A DNA stretch of 63,466 bases, filler included, from Octopus bimaculoides (taxonomy: Eukaryota): assembly GCF_001194135.2 (NCBI RefSeq). It is 7 parts of 7 records of this genome, joined end to end, with 100 filler letters (N's around TTAATTAATTAA, not from the genome) between each part and the next. Parts side by side here need not be neighbours in the genome. Positions count along the whole stretch, not along the records: positions 35,076 to 48,053 come from NC_069006.1; positions 48,154 to 56,624 come from NW_026310982.1; 5 more parts are not named here. The stretch is one strand, 5' to 3'. The notes below the pieces were generated by a model. The model saw only the letters and a program-made list of their open reading frames with translations. It made no database searches and had not been told where the DNA came from. This document shows, piece by piece, positions 41,067 to 52,791 of this stretch (position 1 is the first letter of the stretch; the number at the start of each line of letters is the position of its first letter). Both the position numbers and the translations under genes were made by a program.

Positions 41067-42059
41067 GACAGACAGACAGACAGACAGATAAATAGGCAGA
41101 CAGGTTTATATATAATGCTGAAGTTAGCAATATTACATTTATTGTTCGCCAAAACATGTTATTGATGTCAGTCGTCGTGTCATTGGATTTAAACGTATTA
41201 TAACAGAATCAGTTAACAGTAGATATTTAATCTGGTTAATCCTTCAGTTTCTATGAATGAAACCAAAACTGACAATTGCTTTCAACGAATATCTTATAAA
41301 AACGATGTCAGCTCCCTAGAAACCTCGACCAAACAATGAGCTCCATTCACAAGACTTGTTTTGTTTAGCTAAGCGATCAGAGTTTCATACATGAAAAGAA
41401 GAAAAAAAAAGAGGGCAGTCGGGATAATAATAAAAAAGAGTTTGTTGTGTAATAAATACTATGTACGAAAATCACGATTTGTTTGATGAATTGATAACAA
41501 AATTAAATATATAAAAAAAAAAAGGAAGTCGTTAGCTTCCGTCTGATTGTGAGAAAGTTGATAAAAATGAACTGTCCGCCTGATTTGTATGTTTTTTTTT
41601 ATTAAGGAAGACATAGAAATATCACTGTATGATACGAGGGGAAAGATTAAGAGATATAGTCGTATCAGTTTGGAATTGAAGAGCAGATTTCGAGATATAA
41701 GTTGTTTAATCAACACGCGACTATGTCGCCAAATGTCAGTCGTCGCAAAGCAAATTTTAGATTTTTGTTGAGATTAAATTACCAACGCTAGCGAAGGCTT
41801 TTCCGGAATAAAAATACATGAATTTTGGAGGTACATTTGCTAGAAAACAATTATTTGATTTGTGGAAGACACAGGTTAGCCATTCAGAAACACAAACGCT
41901 GTTAACTTCATTTATTATTTACTGTCAGTTTTCGTCGTACCAACTGCGACCTCATCACAGGATTGTTTTTTTCTTTCTTTTTTGTTAAATGATCAGAATA
42001 TTTGCCAAAAATTCTTAATTTTTTTTCTTTATTTAATTACTTATTTAGTATTTATTGAC

Positions 42060-42310
42060 TTTGCCTTTCAGCCTTTCAGAGTCGATAAATTAAGTACCAG
42101 TTGCGTACTGGGTCGGCTAATCGATTGGCCCATTCCCCCAAAATTTCGGACCTTGTGCCTAGAGTAGAAATGAATATTTAACAGGTTTTTAGTTTTATCA
42201 CATCCGGAACGGCGAAAGCAAATTTAATCTCGGCGGGATTTGAAACTCAGAACGTTACAGCCGCCACTAAATAACCGAAAGGAATTTTGTCTAAGATTTC
42301 TAACGATTCC
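42060..42310. mobile_element. Two partial family B SINEs in opposite orientation (42060-42175 plus, 42205-42310 minus)
   Basis: The first has GTCGATAAATTAAGTACCAG...TGCCTAGAGTAGAAA. The second has GAAAGCAAA...CTCGGCGGGATTTGAAACTCAGAACG. Confidence 0.75.
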
Positions 42311-42910
42311 ATCTATTTTAAACGTACTTAATAATCTATGGACGGATTATTCCGGTCGGTTGTCAGCAATGAATATAATAAGACAAGTTTCAATATTAAA
42401 GAAGCTGTTTGGTAGACACCTCAGTTGATAAATGTCGCAGTTACAGACGACAAGGAAACAGCACAGACAGACATAAAAATATATTAAATTATTTGTACTC
42501 TGATTTCTTTCTCAATAAACACTAGCATTTGTATGATACATTTTATTTGATCTTCGCCGACTTTTATTCATGAGGAGGGTAATAAAGCTAAGCTGTAGGC
42601 GACCTAGCTAAATTCTGCTCATCAAAAGCACATATCGGTGCTTTTCTTCTCATACACAATCAAACATACAGGCACTAACGCACATATATATATGATATAC
42701 GTGTACCGAAGTCTAGATTTATGTGCACGGTTATATATAAGTATTATTATTATACATAATACTTTTATGACTTACATGACCGAAGACAGAAAGATAGAGA
42801 GAGGGGAGGCGTGATTTCATGAATTAATTTGCTGTTACATACTTCATTCCCTGATTCGAGTACATTTATTATCCAAACATCTGTGTGTTTGCCTCCATGT
42901 TGGCGATGGC

Positions 42911-43225
42911 GAAGGCGTGTGGTTTAGTGGTTAAGGGTATCCGATTTACGATCGCAAGGTTGTGAGTTCGATTCCCGGCGGTGCGTTGTATCCTTGAGCC
43001 AGACACTTTATTTCCTGTTGCTGCGGTTTATGCATCTGGCAAAAGTGGTTTGTACCTGTAATTCAAAGGGATCCAGCCTTGTCACTTTCTGTATCATGCT
43101 GAATCTCCTTGAGAACTACATTAAAGGTACGCGTGTCTGTGGAGTGCTCAGCCACTTGCACGTTAATTTCACGAGGAGGCTGTTCCGTTGATTGTATCAG
43201 CTGGGACCCTCGTCGTCGTAACCAA
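42911..43225 (+). mobile_element. SINE family C, near full length
   Basis: It has TGGTTTAGTGGTTAAG (A box), GAGTTCGATTCCC (B box), the family body and a 3' end GGGACCCTCGTCGTCGTAACC. Confidence 0.85.
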
Positions 43226-44506
43226 CAGTGTCAGTTTATTTTTCATTGCTCCAGTGAAGTCAGCTGGCAAAAGTGAGTTGCAATTTTATTTATCACTGCT
43301 CAGCTCCTCACCCCCACTCCGTAATATAGAATGTATATTAAGGACACAGAGGGCTCCCCCCCCCCGAGATAGCCCCTTCGGTTCTATTGTCCACTATATT
43401 ATCCAGTCATTGTTGTTTCTGACTCACTGGTTATTATAGTCGTCGAGGTCGCCATTGTTATCCAGTCAAGCGTTTCAAAGTATGCTGTTATTATTAGTGC
43501 AGTATCAACATATGGTATTGTTTCAGCTACAAACTCAACGAGATTTCTGTTTGATTTATTCGGCAGATAAAATGACGAACCGAAGGATCTCAAATATTCG
43601 TCATCCCCATCTTTGTACTGTCTCACTAACTCCCCTCCATCGTCATCGACGTCGGTTTAAAACTAACAGCAGCAGCAGCACTGTTACCACCACAATCGCC
43701 GTCATCAGCAACACCAGCACCAACAACAACAACACACCAGCTACTGCCACCACTAACACCATCGACAATACTACCACTACTACCAATGCCATTGACTTTT
43801 ATTGGAGATAGACGAGTTAATGAGGGGAGCTTGCGCGTGCCCGCTCGACCTTCCAGCAATAGCAGCCAAATATCCCTTAAATAGCACCAACTTAAAGAAA
43901 GGTACAATGCTTGCGAAACAGAAAAATAAAGCCAACAGCATGGTCATAACTGGAATTCCATTCGTCTTGTCGTGGCTTTCACGGAGAAAAGTTCAACAAC
44001 AGCAACAACAACAGCGGATTACATTTAATCAAGTTATTCTCTCGTCTGCTTTAACCTTCTACTCTAATCTAATATTATTAAGTTAAATCTAAATTAAATA
44101 GTTTTCTCTTGGTTAATTACAAGGTGAATTATTGACATAGAAGATGTATTTACTTGATTTTCACATGGACGTTGGTCTGTGAACAGCGTCCATTATTGTA
44201 TCGTCTGCTGCCATTGAAGAAGGATCATTGTTACTAAGATCACAGATCACACACTGACTATGAATGGCGGATGAGTTGCTGAAACTTGTTCGCTTGGCTA
44301 TTACAAAGATTATTAACAAATATATCAATAAATACTTAAGTTAATCTTATAGGATAACTAATTTAACGGATTAGAGATTGCTAGAGTGTGGAATCTGTCA
44401 TTGTTTTGAATGAGAGAGAGAGAGAGAGGGGAGTGAGAGTGAGTGATAGAGGTGTCGAGAGGTCAACAGATCAGAATAGCAATATATACACACATACACA
44501 CACATA

Positions 44507-44969
44507 GGCGCAGGCTTGGCTGTGTGGTAAGAAGCTTGCATACTGGCAACACGGTTCAAGGTTCCGTCCTATTGCGTGGCACCTTGGGCAATTGTCTTCT
44601 ACTATAGCCTCGAGCCAACCAAAGCCTTGTGAGGGGTTTGGTTGACGGAAACTGAAAGAAGCCCGCTGTATATATATGTATGTATGTATGCACGCACACA
44701 CACGTGCATGCATTCAAGCATGCGCGCGCGTATGTGTGCGTGTGTGCATCTTTGTGTCTGTGTTTGTCCCCCACTGCCACTTGACAACCGGCGTTGATAT
44801 GTCTACGTCTCCGTAACTAGCAGTTCGGCAAAGAGATCGATTGAATAAGTACCAGGCTTACAAAAAAAGAAAAAAAAAGTACTGGGATCGATTCATTCGA
44901 CTAAAAAATTCTTAACAGTGCTCCAGTCTGACCGCAATCTAATAACAGAAAGAAGTAAATGATAAAAGA
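44507..44969 (+). mobile_element. SINE family A, full length with an internal CA/TA microsatellite
   Basis: The head GGCGCAGGCTTGGCTGTGTGGTAAG runs through to the tail GAAGTAAATGATAAAAG. Confidence 0.9.
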
Positions 44970-44979
44970 TATATAGTTA

Positions 44980-45044
<65 letters not shown>

Positions 45045-45120
45045 GTCCGTTTATATATATCCATATTTATCTGTCTATCCCTCCATCCATCTATTTATCT
45101 CTCTCTCTCTATCTGTCTGC

Positions 45121-45160
<40 letters not shown>

Positions 45161-45162
45161 AC

Positions 45163-45219
<57 letters not shown>

Positions 45220-45632
45220 CATCCATCCTCACGTCTGTCTGCCTGCTTGCCTGTCTAATATTTTATTCATATATTTTCGCTTATCTCTCTTTGTTATGTT
45301 CTCCTGACAATCTACCCGGGGAATCTATTATCAGAAGGATGCATTACTTGAATAAATCACTGAAAGTACATTATAAATTGATATTGTTTAAGAGGTAAAT
45401 AAACATGCGGGAAGGGACGACAAAAAAACAGAGAAGAGGAAGATGTGAGTGTATGTGTAAGTGGTGGTAGTGGTAGTAAGAGGTATAGGGGAGAAGAGAG
45501 GTAAAGCGTGAGAGACAGGGAGGGGGTGGAAGTGTGGATGCGAAGAGAAGAAAATGAACTCTGCGAAATGGATTCATGACGATTCCACAAGCGTATAAAC
45601 TTGATACAAAGCAATATATATATGTATATATA

Positions 45633-45674
<42 letters not shown>

Positions 45675-45806
45675 NNNNNNNNNNNNNNNNNNNNNNNNNN
45701 NNNNNNNNNNNNNNNNNNNNNNNNNNNNNNNNNNNNNNNNNNNNNNNNNNNNNNNNNNNNNNNNNNNNNNNNNNNNNNNNNNNNNNNNNNNNNNNNNNNN
45801 NNNNNN

Positions 45807-45837
<31 letters not shown>

Positions 45838-46183
45838 ATATAATATAATATAATATAATATAATATAATATACTAATGTATATATATGCATATATACATA
45901 CTTACATCTATACGTATATATATATGTGTGTATATGTGAGCACAAGACGTCACGAAACGTGTACAACAAAAAATACGAAGTACGAGTACATGGAATATGA
46001 ACTATTTCTTCGAACAACGAAAGACACAAATCGAAAACAAGACAAACAACATTAAGAACGACCCTTCATCAGTTGTTGGCTGTTTTACTACTCTCGTATT
46101 TCGAGCCTTTCAGAAAAACAGCCAACAACCGTTGATCTTATCAGCTGGGACTCACCTTTTTTTATGTATGTATGTATGTATGT

Positions 46184-46247
<64 letters not shown>

Positions 46248-48161
46248 GTAGATTGCTTGCTGATTTATTGACATCACCTTTAAGACAGAAAAGGAAACAA
46301 ATATTGTTTTTGAGAGAATTTATTTATTAAAAAATTCCTTATTCTTTTTATTATTTTACTTTCTTAAGTCGTTGCTCTGCGGTCACAGCCACATGTGTGT
46401 GTCTCTTCCACGAATTTGTTTCCTCAAAACAGATATCTTTTAGATTTTTTAATGAAATTTTCAACAAATAATTTTTAGATGGTGTAAATTAAGATTCTAT
46501 CAAAATTTAATGTAAATAACAAAAAGGTGGGCACGCAGATATTCATGCTGACACATATCCCAATTTTCATTTTGTAGATATTATGTATTGTATGTCATTA
46601 TTTATGTGTGCCGCCTCCAAATATTTTTCACTACAAAATCCGATATAATCGGATTCCTCAACATCTCTAAGGTATTTGTAGAAAATTTCATTAAAATGTA
46701 TACATTTTAAGGAAACATTCTCAGGGTGTGGCACATCGGTCTGCAGTCATGCTGAGACACCGCCTTCAAGGGTTCTAATTAATTAAATCATTCCTACAAC
46801 TTATCTCCCCAGCATCTTTTGCTTTCTTCATTTGGTTGCTGTTTTTTTTTTTTCTTCCAAATTGCTAATAATTTATTTTGAAAAAGACGGTATAAAACTC
46901 GTTTGGATCTCGTATTGTCAGCAGCAATATTTGAAACTTCCGCGATACTAAAACAAGGGAAATTACTCCAGAGAAATTAATGGGAAATAACTCCCTTCTA
47001 GAATTAAAAGACCTGAGAATCCCCCCTCTCCAAAACACACACGCGCCATAACAATAATAATCCTTTCTACAATGGGCGCAAGGGTGAAATCCTGAGGTCA
47101 ATGCAATCAGTTAAGCCCCACTCCCACCAAAATTTCAGGCCTTGTGCCATTAGTAGAAACGACCATCATCAATCATCATCATCGTCGTCGTCAACATCGC
47201 CATCATCCCCATCATCTTCATCTTCATCACCATCATTATCAGCATCATCACCATCACCAGCGTCATCGTCGTCGTCATCATCATCATCATTCGACATTTT
47301 ATTTTTTTTCAGACAAATTTTTACTGCATCACCTGCTGCACGCACTGGGGTCGATGCAATCGACTTTTCCCAAAATTTCAAGCCTTAAGCCTATAGTAGG
47401 AAGGATTATTGTTATTGTTGTTGTTGTTGTTGTTGTTGTTCAACATGTGGCACCTCCATGTTTCTGAGGTTTGTGCAGCATTGTGTGTTTTTTTGTTTTT
47501 TTTTTTGCTGTTGGGAGTATGCAAACCCTTCCCGATATTGTATTGCATCAGTTTTTCCTTTCTTTACTTTCTTTTTGAGGTGTGCTGCTGACTTTTGCTG
47601 TAATAGTGTTTGCATCGTGTGTTGTGCGTATAATATAATGCATTGGGTAACCGGATTGCTGGTGGTAGTTTTATTTCATTGGATATTTGCTGTATGGAGT
47701 GTCTTGTCTTTGTGGCTTACTTTGTTTAGCTTGCATTATTGAGCTGATAGCGTCTTGCGTAGGATGTGGGCTGTTCCTAGCAGAGCTATATTCTGGATAG
47801 TGTGTAGTGTTGAGGATCCAGGTATAGCCTCTAAAAGCATAACGTATGCAATCCTGATGATGACAGTTACATATTACACACAATGATTATCATTTTTAAT
47901 ATTACATCAAAATTAAGTATCATTATATTAAGTATCAATTATACGAAACATACTTTTATAACACATCGTACATAATATACATTAAATATACAGAGACACT
48001 CCTCTGTGTGTGTGTGTGTGTGTTTGTGTACATACATACATACATATATATATNNNNNNNNNNNNNNNNNNNNNNNNNNNNNNNNNNNNNNNNNNNNTTA
48101 ATTAATTAANNNNNNNNNNNNNNNNNNNNNNNNNNNNNNNNNNNNNNNNNNNNATATTTAA

Positions 48162-48860
48162 TTATACTTAGAAAATGAATATTTTGTAGCGTGTAAACAA
48201 ATTCTATACGCATTCTATACAGCTAGAAATACCACGAACAACCAAACTAACAACCGTCCAACTAATAGAACTAACCCCAACCCTAATCCAATACCTCTTG
48301 TTAGGAGAGACACACACCAAAAAAACAATAGGACCACACAACAACACACAGACATAGACACCCCTTATAATCTATGTAGCTGTAGAGATAGGAATAAATG
48401 TAATTTCTCCAACAGATGTAAGACCGAAAATATAGTTTACCAATGCGACGTACACACAAACGGTCATATCAGATCTTACATTGGCGGTACGAAAAACCAA
48501 GTACGCCTCAGATACAATGAGCACCAATCTAGCTTTAGAAATAGAAAAAAGGCAAATTCAACAGGACTTAGTAGCTATATCTGGGAATTAAAGGACAATA
48601 AAATAGAGTATAAACTAAAGCGGCGTATACTAAAAGCAGCAAATTCTTATAACCCAACTAACAGACGCTGTGACTTCTGTCTAACTGAATGCATCAAAAT
48701 CCTAACGACTAGAAAGCATCTCTTAAACAAAAAATATGAAAATAATCTAATTTGTTTACACACTACAAAATATTCATTTTCTAAGTTGACTTGCTTCTTC
48801 TTGTGTTTGTTTCTCCATTCTCCACATAATTATAATTATAAACTGCGGTTTAAACAATAA
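48162..48860 (+). mobile_element. Penelope-like element, C-terminal GIY-YIG endonuclease ORF (232 codons, no ATG, truncated by the scaffold start)
   Basis: Manual translation is open from 48162 to the TAA at 48858-48860: ...LCSCRDRNKCNFSNRCKTENIVYQCDVHTNGHIRSYIGGTKNQVRLRYNEHQSSFRNRKKANSTGLSSYIWELKDNKIEYKLKRRILKAANSYNPTNRRCDFCLTECIKILTTRKHLLNKKYENNLICLH... It shows the IVY/YIG motifs, the R-Y-x-x-H motif, an N-terminal Cys cluster and CxxCLxE. Confidence 0.9.
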
Positions 48861-49861
48861 ATTACCTGCCTAGGATACCTTCTAACAAAGACGATACCCA
48901 CACAAGTAATTTCCAGGAGTGCCTTCGGATTTAAATATCCCCTGGTTGCTTAAATACTTCAGACTACCCCTGAAATATTGAAGCAATCCTATCATTTACC
49001 TATATACATACACACACANNNNNNNNNNNNNNNNNNNNNNNNNNNNNNNNNNNNNNNNNNNNNNNNNNNNNNNNNNNNNNNNNNNNNNNNNNNNNNNNNN
49101 NNNNNNNNNNNNNNNNNNNNNNNNNNNNNNNNNNNNNNNNNNNNNNNNNNNNNNNNNNNNNNNNNNNNNNNNNNNNNNNNNNNNNNNNNNNNNNNNNNNN
49201 NNNNNNNNNNNNNNNNNNNNNNNNNNNNNNNNNNNNNNNNNNNNNNNNNNNNNNNNNNNNNNNNNNNNNNNNNNNNNNNNNNNNNNNNNNNNNNNNNNNN
49301 NNNNNNCAAAAAGGAAGAAATAGTATTTACATATGTTTACTCGTTTGCCCGAGAGGTAATTAAAGAGACACTAACAATTCTAGTGGTAGTGACAAGATTG
49401 ACTCGCTAATTAGCAGTTGATAATGTAGAAAAAGGTTGTCTGTTAGTAGAGAGTGAAAGAGTAAGGAATGCACGGTGCTGACTAGAAAGGAAGGAAGGAT
49501 AGAGATGGCACCGTCTTTCGTGCGGCGGAAAGGGAAGTGCTGCTCTTGGTCATGGCTGACGCAAAAGGGGGTGTTGCTCCTTAGTCTCACTGACACGAAA
49601 AGGGCGGGGGTGGCTCCTTGGTCATAGCTGACACATAAGAGGAAGAGATAGGAAATTCTCTCTGTTATATCAGACTATGGTCAGTAATGTAGGTCAAACG
49701 CTAAACAAAGGACTGACCTTTCATTGAACAGCACAGGTCCTAGGGGGTCGAGTGTTTCCTCATCAATCATCTGGTGTGGAGAGGATTTCCCGCTCGTTTT
49801 GACAAGCAACAAGCAGGTGGATTTGGTTTCAAATCTCAGACAGGGTCAAGCCAGATCCCTT

Positions 49862-50025
49862 CATATCTTTTATCTCTTACTTGTTTCATTCATTAGACTG
49901 AATCGACTCAAGTAATTCTTTGTAAGCCTAGTATTTATTTTATTGGTTTCTTTTGCCGAACCGCTAGGTTACGGGGGCGTAAACACACCAGCACCATTTG
50001 ACAAGACGGTGGTGGGGGACAAACA
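49862..50025 (-). mobile_element. SINE family A, 3' half, abutting the 21-bp array
   Basis: It contains TCTCTTACTTGTTTCATTC...CTTTTGCCGAACCGCTAGGTTACGGGGGCGTAAACACACC...GGGGGACAAAC. Confidence 0.85.
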
Positions 50026-50030
50026 GAGAC

Positions 50031-51010
50031 ATCGCAGAAACCGACCGAAATATTGTAGAAACCGACTCAGATATCGTAGAAGCTGAGCAAGACATCGTTC
50101 GAGCCAACCGCAACACGCCAGAAACCGACACAGACATAATAGAAACCGACAGACGTATCGCAGAAAATTCGCGAGATATCGAGGAAACCGATCGACACAT
50201 CGTAAAATCCGATAGAGATATCGTAGAAACCGACAGGCACCTCGTAGAAATCGAACGAGACATCGTAGAGACCGACCCAGACATCATAGAAGAGATAGAG
50301 ACATCGTAGAAGCCTACGGAAACATCGTGGAAACTGATAAAGACGAAGAAGCTGATCGAGATATTGCAGATACTGACCCAGATATCATAGAAATCAAGCG
50401 AGGCATCGTAGAAACCGACCGAGACATCGTAGAATCCCGCACAAACAACGCAGAAATAGGTGGAGACATCATAGTACCCGAACGAGACATCGTTGAAATC
50501 GACCGATAAATCACGGAGAGAAATAGAGAGAGAGAGACCGACTGAGTCAACGTAGAATCCGAACGTGGCATCGTAGAAAAGTACCCAGACATTGTATAAA
50601 CCGAGTTTGACATCAAAGAAACCGAGTGAGACAGCCTAGAAACCGACACAGACATCGTAGTTGTCGACAGAGACATTGCAGAAACCGACGAGCTCCTCGT
50701 CGAAAACGAACCACACTTCGTACAAACCGACGCAGAGATCGAAGAAACCGATGGAAACAACGTAGAAACCCTCTGCGACATCGTTGTAACCGACCTGGTC
50801 TTCACAGAAACCGACCCGGCATCGTAGAAATCAAACGAAGCATCGTGGAAATCAACCGAGACATCGTAGAATGTGACAGAGTTGTCGTAGACGCCGACCC
50901 AGACATCGAAGAAGCCGGCCGAAACATCGTAGAATCTGACAGAGACATTATAAAAAACCAACAGAGACAGCGAAGAAACTCAACGTGACATCGCAGAAAC
51001 CGACCGATAC
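50031..51010 (+). repeat. Diverged 21-bp minisatellite, about 47 units, consensus ATCGTAGAAACCGACCGAGAC (left arm)
   Basis: Parsed unit by unit. Variation is mostly substitution, with about five indel units and several in-frame stops. Confidence 0.95.
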
Positions 51011-51020
51011 ATGATAGGAG

Positions 51021-51735
51021 GTTTCTGCTGATTTTTACGATGTCTCGGTAGGTTTCAACGATGTCTGGTTCGGTTTCTACGATGACTTGTTCGGCTTTTA
51101 TGATGTCTCAACCGATTTCTACGATGTTTCGGTGGGATTCTACGATGCCTCGGTCGGTTTCTACGATGTCTCGTTCGCTCGTTCTATTTCTACGTCGTCG
51201 TGTACTATTTCGACGATGTCTCGGTCAGTTTCTTATTTCTTTATTGCCCCCAGGGGGCTAAACATAGAGGGGACAAACAAGGACAGACAAAGGGATTAAG
51301 TCCATTACATCGACCCTAGTGCGTAACTGGTACTTAATTTATCGACCCCGAAAGGATGAAAGGCAAAGTCGACCTCGTCGTAATTTGAACTCGGAACGTA
51401 ACCGCAGACGAAATACCGCTAAGCATTTCGTCCGGCGTGCTAACGTTTCTGCCAGTGCGCCGCTTTGGTCAGTTCCTACGATGTCTCGGTCGGTTTCTAC
51501 GATGTCTCGGGTGGTTTCCACGATGTCTCGTTCGCTTTGTACGTTAGCTCGTTCGATTTCTGCGTCGTCGTGTGCTACTTCGACGATTTCTCGGTCGGCT
51601 TCTACGATGTCTACATTGGCTATGTCAGTTTTCACAATGCCTGGATCTCGTTCTACGACGTCTGGGTCGGACTCTACGATGTGTTGATCGTTTTCTACGG
51701 TGTTTTGGTCGGTTTCTGCAATGCCTGTGTCGGTG
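51021..51735 (-). repeat. The same 21-bp minisatellite in inverted orientation, about 22 units (right arm), interrupted by a SINE
   Basis: The plus strand shows repeated GTCTCGGTCGGTTTCTACGAT. The minus strand reads IAETDQN TVENDQH IVESDPD ... IVETDRD. Confidence 0.95.
51234..51464 (-). mobile_element. SINE family B, full length, inserted in the array with a ~13-bp target-site duplication
   Basis: The flanks are TCGGTCAGTTTCT (51221-51233) and TTGGTCAGTTCCT (51465-51477). Both share the non-consensus A. Confidence 0.9.
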
Positions 51736-51870
51736 GCATGAAGAGGGAAGACTGGTATACACGAGTAATTGCTAGTATTCCATAAACAACTTTGCCCAAA
51801 CTGGTGCTTCGCTGGGGGACTCTCGTGGTGCAATCCCATGGTCATATATGACCAAAGGTGGTCTTAACCC
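51735..51870 (+). mobile_element. SINE family C, 3' domain
   Basis: GAGGGAAGACTGGTATACACGAG...CCATAAACAACTTTGCCC...GTGCAATCCCATGGTCAT matches 27690-27775. Confidence 0.65.
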
Positions 51871-51879
51871 TAGTTGTCA

Positions 51880-52105
51880 GAATCGTAAGTGTTTCGCGGG
51901 GAAATGTTTAGCACCATTATTTATTTATTTATTTATTTATTTGTAGTACTTTTGCGTTCTGAGTTCAAATTCCGCTGAGGTCGACTTTGCCATTCATCCC
52001 TTTGTGGTCGATGAAATAAATAAGTATTTTTTGACCACTATGATCGATGTGAAGTCCTCTTCTCCTAAAATTGCCGGAATTGTGCAAAAATTAGAAAAAA
52101 ATGTT
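51880..52105 (+). mobile_element. SINE family B, degenerate
   Basis: It contains CGTTCTGAGTTCAAATTCCGCTGAGGTCGACTTTGCC. Confidence 0.8.
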
Positions 52106-52735
52106 TAGTAATATTAATATAAATAAAACTCAAACTTTTGTTTTGCGGCTTCGATCGAACCGTTTCCGTTTCGAAGCTGGCTTTCGTCTTTCTTTTGTCT
52201 CTTTCCCAGCGGCCATGCTGGAGTACCACTTTGAAGTATTTTAGTCCAACGAAGCGACCGCAGTTCATATATATGTATGTGTTTGCGTGTGTGGGATGTG
52301 GTAGACGGAAACTGAAAGGAACCCGTTGTATATATATGTATGCATATANNNNNNNNNNNNNNNNNNNNNNNNNNNNNNNNNNNNNNNNNNNNNNNNNNNN
52401 NNNNNNNNNNNNNNNNNNNNNNNNNNNNNNNNNNNNNNNNNNNNNNNNNNNNNNNNNNNNNNNNNNNNNNNNNNNNNNNNNNNNNNNNNNNNNNNNNNNN
52501 NNNNNNNNNNNNNNNNNNNNNNNNNNNNNNNNNNNNNNNNNNNNNNNNNNNNNNNNNNNNNNNNNNNNNNNNNNNNNNNNNNNNNNNNNNNNNNNNNNNN
52601 NNNNNNNNNNNNNNNNNNNNNNNNNNNNNNNNNNNNNNNNNNNNNNNNNNNNNNNNNNNNNNNNNNNNNNNNNNNNNNNNNNNNNNNNNNNNNNNNNNNN
52701 NNNNNNNNNNNNNNNNNNNNNNNNNNNNNNNNNNN

Positions 52736-52774
<39 letters not shown>

Positions 52775-52791
52775 TACAGATATATATATAC

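Noticed and set aside
50031-51735. 21-bp array as a CRISPR array
   Set aside because: The units are contiguous with no unique spacers, there are no cas genes, and the context is eukaryotic.
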